From Archangiaceae bacterium (GTDB lineage Bacteria; Myxococcota; Myxococcia; Myxococcales; Myxococcaceae): DNA of 33,537 bases. The stretch covers positions 1 to 33,537 of the forward strand of contig JAYVCD010000067.1 in NCBI GenBank assembly GCA_043750125.1. Direction: 5' to 3'. Each line of letters opens with the position of its first letter. Position 1 is the first letter of the stretch. The position numbers and the translations under genes are program-made. This document shows positions 8,739-15,701 of this stretch, one piece after another. The notes beneath the pieces are model-generated. The model worked only from the letters and a program-made list of their open reading frames with translations, ran no database searches and was not told the origin of the DNA.

Positions 8739-9170
8739 CTAAGCCGTCACCGCGCGGGCAGCCGCCCGCTGGCGGGGGCGGGAACCGGCGGCCAAGGTCG
8801 CTTCGACAGGTCGAATGCGCAGGTCCGTCAACGAGATGATGCCAATCAGCTTGTCCTGGTCGACCACCGGGACTCTGCGCAGTTGGTGCATCTGCATCAG
8901 GGTCTGGACCGCTTCGATCGAATCGGTGCGGATGCAGGACTTCACGTCGGTCGACATGATCTCGTCGACCCGGATCTCATGCAGCGCCCGGCCCTTGGTG
9001 TAGGCCGCCATGCAGATGTCGCGGTCGGTGAGCATCCCGATCAGGCTCCCGTCCGCGACCACCGGGAGGCAACCGCAGTCCCTTTCCCAAAGCAGCTGAG
9101 CGGCTCGGTTCAAAGTGTCGTCCGGCGCGCACGTCACGACGGTTGGCGTCATCAGCTCATCGACAGTCAT
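8739..9170 (-). CDS. Stand-alone CBS-pair protein
   Basis: VDELMT..VVTC.PDDTL, GCLPVV..G.LIGMLTDRDI, LRRVPVVDQDKLIGIISLTDL; ATG 9170 has an AGGAG Shine-Dalgarno. Confidence 0.92.
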   Translation of the reverse strand: MTVDELMTPTVVTCAPDDTLNRAAQLLWERDCGCLPVVADGSLIGMLTDRDICMAAYTKGRALHEIRVDEIMSTDVKSCIRTDSIEAVQTLMQMHQLRRVPVVDQDKLIGIISLTDLRIRPVEATLAAGSRPRQRAAARAVTA

Positions 9171-9210
9171 GGGTGATTCTCCTGGGCGCTGCGTGGGCGA
9201 AGAGCGGCGA

Positions 9211-9227
9211 AGCAACCGCAGTGCCCA
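9211..9227 (-). promoter_or_regulatory. Sigma54 promoter driving the leftward CBS and EBP-like genes
   Basis: Minus strand TGGGCACTGCGGTTGCT, close to the consensus TGGCACnnnnnTTGCW. Confidence 0.7.
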
Positions 9228-9342
9228 CTGCCTCGGCGCGGGCAGAGCCCAGTCGGCTTGCTGTCCTTTGGCGCAAATTTCACACGCCTCGCAAAGGGTT
9301 CGTGCGGTGGGGCACTGGAAGTTTCAGGTGAGGGCGATGGCG

Positions 9343-9358
9343 GGGCACGCGGTTTGCT
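9343..9358 (+). promoter_or_regulatory. Sigma54 promoter driving the rightward CBS gene
   Basis: GGGCACGCGGTTTGCT (GG 9344-45, GC 9356-57), followed by GGAG and ATG 9386. Confidence 0.75.
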
Positions 9359-9385
9359 GCGGGCCGGTCTGCAACTGGAGCGTCT

Positions 9386-9760
9386 ATGGCGGCCCGCGAA
9401 ATCCCCGTGACGATCGACCAGCAGCCGGTCTCGAGGATCATGAGCCGAAAGGTGATCCCGGTGACCCCTCAGCTTTCGATCGAGCAGCTGATCGTGTTGC
9501 TCGTCGACGAGGACATCGGAGGCGCGCTGGTGGCCGACCCTCAAGGTCTGCCGATCGGCACCGTCTCGAAGGCCGACCTCGTGGCCGATGAATACGAATG
9601 GGCCAAGATGAGACAAGAGACCCAGCCCTGGCAGCGCATCGCGGGGTCGCGCGTGGCCCGCGACGATGAGCTCTTCACCGAAAAGCTGCGCTCCTCTCAG
9701 ACGGTCGCCGACATCATGTCGCCCATCACCTTTTCAATTACCCCCGAGGCCACCGTGGGT
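9386..9760 (+). pseudogene. CBS-domain protein truncated early in its second CBS domain
   Basis: VSRIMSRKVIPV..IGGALVAD..G.PIGTVSKADL and TVADIMSPITFSITPEATV. Similarity ends near 9760 and the frame then runs without a stop antisense through the next gene. Confidence 0.7.
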
Positions 9761-9889
9761 CGTGAAGTTACCGCAGCCGAACCAGCGGTTGAGCGCGGGT
9801 TCGAAGCCACCGGCGCCCGCACCGGCGTCCGGCGCTTTCGGGTATCCCGGCGGAAAATTTTTGGGCGCGCCGAAGAGGTCGGCGCGAGG

Positions 9890-11140
9890 TCACTCCAGCC
9901 CGCGCGCCGCGAGCTCGAAATCATCTTCACCGCGCAGGTGCCCGACCTCGTGCAGCAAAGTGACCCGGATCTGCTCGATCAGCTCGGCCTTCGACTTCAC
10001 CGCACGGGCGAGGTTCTTCCGGTAGATCGCCACCGACCGGCACGGCGCCTTCTTGCTCTTTGGATCCAGCTCGTCGCACGGCTCGTTGAGAGGAGGCCCG
10101 CGGAACAGCCCGAGAATCGTCGGGGACAACGGCGGCTCGCCCGACGTGAGGTCCTCGCTGTTCGGCAGGTCTTCGGCCTCGACCGGCACTCCGACCAGAT
10201 CCTTGCGCATGTCCGAGGGCAGCCCGGCGAGCGCCTTCTTCAGCTCGGCCTGGAACTCTTCGACCGACAACAACACCGGAGTCGGAAAATCTTCCGGTGC
10301 CGCCACTTGCGCCTTTTTGAAGTGCACCTCGGCTTCCGCCTGCTTCCCATCGCGCTCGAGCAGCAACCCCAGGTGGTGGTGGGCATGCGCTCGTCGTTCG
10401 GGATCCTCGAGCTCAGAGAGAAACGCGGCCCTGGCCTCTGCAAACCGGCACAGCTCGAACAGCGCGACCGCCCGCTCGTAGCCGCTCTCTGGATCTTTGG
10501 GCCGCTTCTTCATCACCCACTCAGCCCGGTCGAGCGCATCGGTCGCCTGGCCCAGATCGTTGAACGCCATCGCCGACAGGCGCCCGAACTGCACCGCGGT
10601 CTCGGTGTCATTGGCCGCGCGCGCCACTTCCAGGCCCCGCTCGGCGTAGAGCGAACCCAACTCGTCATTGTCCCGGTTCGAGGGCAACTTCACCGCGTAG
10701 AAGTGGGCCGCGCCCAGCAGCGCATCGAGCGAGTCGGGGTCCAGCGCGAGGGCGCGGGCGTACCCCAGCCGGGCTTCATCGTCGCGTCCCAGCGCAGCCA
10801 GCGCGTTGGCCCGCTCGGTGTGAGCGAGCACGTCGTTGGGGAACAGCGCGCTCGCCTGGGCGGCGCACGACAACGCCTGCTCGAACAGCTGCTGATCCGA
10901 ATATTCGCGGGCTGCATCGAGAGGCAACCGCCCCTTCGCATCACAGACCGACAGCGGCTGAACGTGGGGCTCTCCCACCGTCGGCTCGGGCCGCACCGCC
11001 GGCTTGGGTGCAACCGGGGCGACCGACGCGATGACCGAAGCGTCGGGCGCCACTTCGAGGGGCAGACAAGCCGTCGGCACTGGTTTTTTGCAGGCGACCA
11101 GCGCGAGCGCCGCGCCAGCCACCACCCACGAAACTCTCAC
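9890..11140 (-). CDS. Lipoprotein with TPR repeats and a C-terminal minimal zincin metallopeptidase domain
   Basis: Lipobox ALVAC, TPR-like helices ([18 protein letters not shown]), [27 protein letters not shown]. Its GTG start overlaps the clpX TGA. Confidence 0.9.
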   Translation of the reverse strand: MRVSWVVAGAALALVACKKPVPTACLPLEVAPDASVIASVAPVAPKPAVRPEPTVGEPHVQPLSVCDAKGRLPLDAAREYSDQQLFEQALSCAAQASALFPNDVLAHTERANALAALGRDDEARLGYARALALDPDSLDALLGAAHFYAVKLPSNRDNDELGSLYAERGLEVARAANDTETAVQFGRLSAMAFNDLGQATDALDRAEWVMKKRPKDPESGYERAVALFELCRFAEARAAFLSELEDPERRAHAHHHLGLLLERDGKQAEAEVHFKKAQVAAPEDFPTPVLLSVEEFQAELKKALAGLPSDMRKDLVGVPVEAEDLPNSEDLTSGEPPLSPTILGLFRGPPLNEPCDELDPKSKKAPCRSVAIYRKNLARAVKSKAELIEQIRVTLLHEVGHLRGEDDFELAARGLE

Positions 11141-12417
11141 GCCGTCTTCTTTTCCTTCTCGAAGACCAGCTGAGGAGCCTCACGCCTCATGATCACCCCG
11201 TCGGAAATCCGGCACTCCTTGATCCCCTCGCGGTAGGGCACGTCGTACATGATGTCGAGCATCGCATCTTCCATGATCGCCCGAAGTCCACGGGCGCCCG
11301 AGTGGCGGCGCATCGCTTCCTTGGCAATCGCTCGCAGCGCTTCCTTGGTGAAGCTCAGCTTCACTTTTTCCATCTCGAACATCTTCTGGTACTGCTTCAC
11401 CAGCGCATTCTTCGGGGTGCTGAGGATGGTGACCAGGTCGTCCTCGCTCAGATCGTTGAGCGTCGCGATCACCGGCAACCGACCAATGAACTCGGGGATC
11501 ATCCCGAACTTCATCAGGTCCTCGGGCTCGACCAGCTTCAGCAGCTCGCCGACGCTGCGGTCTTCGCGCTGCGCAAGCTTGGCTCCGAAGCCCAGGCCCT
11601 TCTCGCCGACGCGCCGCTTGATCACCCCATCGATCCCGTGGAACGCGCCACCGCAGATGAAGAGGATGTTGGTGGTGTCGACCTGAATGTATTCCTGCTG
11701 GTTGTATTTCTTCCCGCCGCGCGGAGTGACGTTGGCCCGGGTCCCTTCGACGATCTTCAGCAGCGCCTGCTGCACCCCTTCGCCGCCCACGTCGCGAGTG
11801 ACGGAAGGCGAGTCGCCCTTGCGCGCAATCTTGTCGATTTCGTCGATGTAGACGATGCCCCGGCCTGCTTTTTCTACGTCGTAGTCGGCGTTGTGAAGCA
11901 GGTTCTGAATGATGTTCTCTACGTCCTCGCCCACGTACCCGGCCTCGGTGAGGCTGGTCGCATCGGCGATGGTGAACGGAACGTTGAGGAAGCGGGCCAG
12001 AGACTGGGCGAGCAGCGTCTTTCCCGACCCGGTGGGGCCGAGCATCAAAATGTTCGACTTGCTGATCTCGATGTCTTCGGGCCCCGGAGACTTCACCCCG
12101 GGCCGCGGCCGCGCGGGCGTCTTCTTCTGGTAGATGCGCTTGTAGTGGTTGTAGACGGCGACCGAGAGGACCTTCTTCGCGAAGTCCTGACCAATCACGT
12201 AGTCGTCGAGAAAGTTTTTGATTTCCAGCGGAGTCGGCAACGACACCACTGGCTTGCCGTCTTCCTTCTCGTTCTCTTCCGCGATGATGTCATTGCACAG
12301 CTTGATGCACTCATCGCAGATGTAGACCGTCGGGCCGGCGATCAGCTTGCGCACTTCGCGCTGCGACTTCCCGCAGAACGAGCACGACAGATTCACGTGG
12401 TGATCACCTTTCTTCAC
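11137..12417 (-). CDS. clpX: ATP-dependent Clp protease ATPase ClpX (no adjacent clpP)
   Basis: Zn finger [19 protein letters not shown], pore loop [17 protein letters not shown] loop, GARGLR. Confidence 0.98.
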   Translation of the reverse strand: MKKGDHHVNLSCSFCGKSQREVRKLIAGPTVYICDECIKLCNDIIAEENEKEDGKPVVSLPTPLEIKNFLDDYVIGQDFAKKVLSVAVYNHYKRIYQKKTPARPRPGVKSPGPEDIEISKSNILMLGPTGSGKTLLAQSLARFLNVPFTIADATSLTEAGYVGEDVENIIQNLLHNADYDVEKAGRGIVYIDEIDKIARKGDSPSVTRDVGGEGVQQALLKIVEGTRANVTPRGGKKYNQQEYIQVDTTNILFICGGAFHGIDGVIKRRVGEKGLGFGAKLAQREDRSVGELLKLVEPEDLMKFGMIPEFIGRLPVIATLNDLSEDDLVTILSTPKNALVKQYQKMFEMEKVKLSFTKEALRAIAKEAMRRHSGARGLRAIMEDAMLDIMYDVPYREGIKECRISDGVIMRREAPQLVFEKEKKTA

Positions 12418-12460
12418 GAGCGCTCCGGTCGAAAAAGCCTAACCCGGTCTGTTCCCAGCG

Positions 12461-13087
12461 TCACGCTTCAGCCCGGGTCTGAGCAAGTTCTTCCACTTCT
12501 TCCGCCAGCGCCTCGGCCCGTTCGGCCATCGCCCGGGGCACTTTCTTGTTGCCATGAAGCTCGGCGGCCAGCTTTCGGGCCCAGGCGGCCATGCGCACCA
12601 AATGCGCTGCTGCGGTGGGACCTTTGGCTTCGGGCGCCGGAAATTGCTCGACCAATTCCCGCTTCAGCTCACTGACCGGGCGGTCGTTGTTCCAGATCGA
12701 GTCGCGGATGCTGCGGTATTCCTGCGCGGACAACTGCCCCCGCTCTTCGGCGTCGGCCAGGACCTGAACCACTTCGAAGGGCGGCGCGGTCTCGACGATG
12801 TCTTCCTGGGCCATGGCTTTGGGCTCGTGCTTGTCGAGGAAGCTGAAGCTTCGGGTCAGCTTTTCTGCCGTCTGTCGTTTGATGCGCACCTCTGCCAGGC
12901 AATAGGCCTCGAACGAGGGATAACCCCATTCCTCGAACAGCGCTTCGTTGCGCACCTTCACCAGCAGCTTGCCCAGCTCGACCCAGGACGATTTGAACCG
13001 CTTCGCGGCGAGCAACACGCTCTGGCGCAGAGAGCCGGGCGGCACTTCGGAAATTTTGGAGGCGACTGCGGCTTCGAGGTTCGACAT
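12461..13087 (-). CDS. Helical hypothetical protein with a DUF3102-like N-terminal motif
   Basis: WVELGKLL..V...LFEEWGYPSFEAYCLAEVRIKRQTAEKL; GC3-rich codons; co-oriented upstream of clpX. Confidence 0.8.
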   Translation of the reverse strand: MSNLEAAVASKISEVPPGSLRQSVLLAAKRFKSSWVELGKLLVKVRNEALFEEWGYPSFEAYCLAEVRIKRQTAEKLTRSFSFLDKHEPKAMAQEDIVETAPPFEVVQVLADAEERGQLSAQEYRSIRDSIWNNDRPVSELKRELVEQFPAPEAKGPTAAAHLVRMAAWARKLAAELHGNKKVPRAMAERAEALAEEVEELAQTRAEA

Positions 13088-13133
13088 GGACTGCCGTCTT
13101 ACCTAACGCGACTGCGCCGGGGGCAGCAGTTTT

Positions 13134-14015
13134 TTAGCCGGCCTTGCCGATGTTGAAGCTCAAGCTGACAGTCGCCTGCTCGCCGTCGTAGTTCTTGAAG
13201 GGCCACTTCTGCAGTTCTCTGAGCAGGCATTCTTGCAGCGGGCCGGTCTTGTAGTCGGGGTGATCGACCCACACCTTCGCGACCCGGCCGTTGTTCCCAA
13301 TCACGAACTCGATCGGGATCTTCTGCATCACGCCCGGCTTGTTGATCTGCGCCAGGCAGGGGAACAGCGATCGCTGGTGGGCTTTGACCACCGTATTGAT
13401 CGTGCCCTGGTCGAACTTCGCCATCTGCAACCCATCGGGATCATCGGTCTCGTTGTTCAGCTTCGGCTTGGGAGCCTGCCCCGAGGGGCGATCGGGCTTC
13501 TCGGTTCGGTCGGGCTTTTCCCGTGCAGCGAGGACGGTCGGCTTCCGGGTGGGGTCGAGGCCCGGGTAGTCGACGAGCTCTTCATCGTTGCCGCTGCGCT
13601 TGGCGCGGCTGATGGTGGGCGCTTCGACCGAAATCAGGTCTCCGTAGGCCATCTCTTCGGAGCTCTTGCCCGGAGTGTGGACCGCCAGGTAGTTGCCGAC
13701 CCCGACTACCCCGATGCCGATCGCCAACAGGGCGGCGGCAGTGATCGCGATCGCGCGGTTGCGGCGCTTGGCCGCCGAGGCTTCGGTCGTCTTCGCCACG
13801 TGATCGACGCGCTTCTGCGCGTCGGCCTTGGCCAGATGCACCCGGAAGCTCGCGACCTCGGCCAGGCGGACGAAACGACCGGACCCCATTGCCTGCACTT
13901 CGCTCTTGGCATCGAGATCGTGGGCGTAGATCTTCTCGACGATCTTCGCCGCGGGCACCGGCCCTAAGATCAACTCACCCTGTCGGAACAGCCAGCTCGG
14001 ATCGTTCGGCCCCAC
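13134..14015 (-). CDS. Bitopic membrane protein: GYF_2-like N-terminus, TM helix, AgmX/PglI (TonB-C-like) C-terminal domain
   Basis: WLFRQGELILGPV; hydrophobic AIAITAAALLAIGIGVVGV; C-terminal IEFVIGNNGRV..LQECL..LQKWPF..VSLSF. Confidence 0.8.
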   Translation of the reverse strand: MGPNDPSWLFRQGELILGPVPAAKIVEKIYAHDLDAKSEVQAMGSGRFVRLAEVASFRVHLAKADAQKRVDHVAKTTEASAAKRRNRAIAITAAALLAIGIGVVGVGNYLAVHTPGKSSEEMAYGDLISVEAPTISRAKRSGNDEELVDYPGLDPTRKPTVLAAREKPDRTEKPDRPSGQAPKPKLNNETDDPDGLQMAKFDQGTINTVVKAHQRSLFPCLAQINKPGVMQKIPIEFVIGNNGRVAKVWVDHPDYKTGPLQECLLRELQKWPFKNYDGEQATVSLSFNIGKAG

Positions 14016-14017
14016 TC

Positions 14018-14812
14018 ATGTCCTCCAGAATCACCGCGCTTTGGTGTTGGTATCACGGGGGGCCATTCCGGGGATACCAGTCGCAGAGCGTCGGGCCCAC
14101 CATTCAAGGCGAGCTGATCTCGGCGATGCGGGCCAGCGGGTTCGATCGCGGCCCCGTCGCCGCAGGACGCACCGACCTCGGCGTTCACGCCCGGATGCAG
14201 GTGGTGAGCTTCAGGGTCCTCGACACCGTGCCGAGGACAGAGATCGCGCCGCGAATCAACCGCCTGCTGCCCACCGGCCTGGGCATCGGCGAGGCCTTCG
14301 ATGCCCCGCTGAAGTTCAGCGCCCAGTGGAAGGCGACCGGAAAAGAGTACCGCTACCGACTGCTGCTCGAGGACGACCCGGCCTGGGCCCCCTACGCCTG
14401 GCGCGTCGACGTGGACCCCGCGCGCGTCGACCAATTGCTTCAGCACGCAGTGGGATCCCGCGACTTCTGGGCCTTTCACGAGAAGGGCAGCCCGCGTACC
14501 CCGCGCACGCTCTTCAAAGTCGAAGTGGTGGCGACCGATCGCGGCCGGGTCGACGTCCGACTGACCGGCAGTGGCTTTGGCCGCTACCAGGTGCGCTACC
14601 TCGTCGGCAGCGCTGTCGCGGTGGCCCGCGGCGAGCTTCGCGAAGAAGACTTCCTCGCGGGACTCGAGCGGGCGATCGAATTTCGGGGGACCAAGGCTCC
14701 GGCCGAAGGATTGACGCTGTGGGAGGTCTTCTACCTTCCGGCGTTTGATCCTTTCTCGGCAGCGGCGCGGGCGGCGTCAGCGGGAATTCCCCGCGAACCG
14801 CCCTTCATCTAG
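14018..14812 (+). CDS. truA: tRNA pseudouridine synthase A family
   Basis: YHGGPFRGYQ, catalytic AGRTDLGVHA, KEYRY, G.GF.RYQVR.LVG, APAEGLTL; start ATG 14018. Confidence 0.92.
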   Translation: MSSRITALWCWYHGGPFRGYQSQSVGPTIQGELISAMRASGFDRGPVAAGRTDLGVHARMQVVSFRVLDTVPRTEIAPRINRLLPTGLGIGEAFDAPLKFSAQWKATGKEYRYRLLLEDDPAWAPYAWRVDVDPARVDQLLQHAVGSRDFWAFHEKGSPRTPRTLFKVEVVATDRGRVDVRLTGSGFGRYQVRYLVGSAVAVARGELREEDFLAGLERAIEFRGTKAPAEGLTLWEVFYLPAFDPFSAAARAASAGIPREPPFI

Positions 14813-14823
14813 ACGCTTTTTCC

Positions 14824-14988
14824 TCAATCCATCAGGCGGTCTTCGTACTTCTCCAGCAGGTCGCCAATCGCCTCGCGCAGGTACTCGCTCTGGCGAATCC
14901 GGGTCTCGCGCGAGAGATCTTTCAACGTCTCGAGGCGGTCCTTGTTCAGACGGAAGACGACAGAAGTGAGGCGGGGGTTCTCGTTCAT
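14824..14988 (-). CDS. Small ribbon-helix-helix DNA-binding protein (54 aa)
   Basis: MNENPRLTSVVFRLNKDRLETLKDLSRETRIRQSEYLREAIGDLLEKY has the strand-helix-helix pattern; GGAGG Shine-Dalgarno before ATG 14988. Confidence 0.9.
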   Translation of the reverse strand: MNENPRLTSVVFRLNKDRLETLKDLSRETRIRQSEYLREAIGDLLEKYEDRLMD

Positions 14989-15056
14989 GTGTGATGCCCT
15001 CCCTACAGGTGCACACATAGTCTCACATCGTGTCGGGGCGTCAAAAAAACCGGCAG

Positions 15057-15629
15057 CTACTCGAGCAGATAGGAGCGCAGCTGGAAGCCCAGCACCAGCG
15101 CGGCGCCGTAGCGCAGACCGTCTCCGAAGCCGATCTGGGCCTCGAGCATCAGGAAGCTGCCGGCGGTCGGAAGAAAGTCCAGCTGCACTCCAATCGCGAC
15201 CCTGGGGCCGATGGTGTACAGCTGGGTCTTCGCGCTCGAGCCATCGAAGCGCGGGACCAAGTGTTGGGCCGCGTCGATGTCGAAGAACGTCTTCCATTGG
15301 CCGAGGTCGAAGTAGCCGCGGTACCCGAGGAACAGCGCGAGATCGAGCGGCGCACACGAGCCGTTGTCCGAGCAGCCGTTTTTGATTCCGAGGAACAGCG
15401 CGCGCAAAGCCGCCTTCAATTCGTTCCCGTCGCCGCCCACCGCGAACGTCGCTCCGAGCTCGGGGCCCAGGCGCCACCCCTCGTCGCCGCCTCCACTCAA
15501 CGTTGCGGCGGCCTTGTATTCGCCGCTGAGTCCCACCAGCAGACCGATCGCGCCGCGGTGATCGTACCGCTCGTCGGCGTGCGCCGGGACTGCCAGCAGC
15601 GCAACCAAAATCAAGAGAGAGGTCTTCAC
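15057..15629 (-). CDS. Secreted or outer-membrane small beta-barrel-like protein
   Basis: Signal peptide VKTSLLILVALLAVPAHA, alternating amphipathic strands (LFLGYRGYF, VAIGVQLDF, LVLGFQLRSY). Confidence 0.7.
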   Translation of the reverse strand: MKTSLLILVALLAVPAHADERYDHRGAIGLLVGLSGEYKAAATLSGGGDEGWRLGPELGATFAVGGDGNELKAALRALFLGIKNGCSDNGSCAPLDLALFLGYRGYFDLGQWKTFFDIDAAQHLVPRFDGSSAKTQLYTIGPRVAIGVQLDFLPTAGSFLMLEAQIGFGDGLRYGAALVLGFQLRSYLLE

Positions 15630-15701
15630 TGGCCAGTGAGTGTTCATCAAGGGAGCTGCCATTCGCTCCCCTACTCTGCCGTCAGTCGATTCGTACGACT
15701 T

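Noticed and set aside
9786-9815. GGGTTCGAAGCC looks like a tRNA T-loop or integration-site remnant
   Set aside because: The flanking T-stem pairs for only 2 bp, and no acceptor, D or anticodon arms can be folded.
5011-9890. Accessory block read as a mobile element
   Set aside because: No integrase, transposase, terminal inverted repeats or target duplication were seen; only gene truncations at both edges.
9761-11173. 595-aa plus-strand ORF read as a real CBS fusion protein
   Set aside because: Beyond about 9760 it is the antisense shadow of the TPR-zincin gene and has no recognisable motifs.
14989-15477. N-terminal extension of the 217-aa ORF 14824-15477
   Set aside because: It overlaps the beta-barrel gene in another frame; only the last 54 aa have a Shine-Dalgarno and a recognisable fold.
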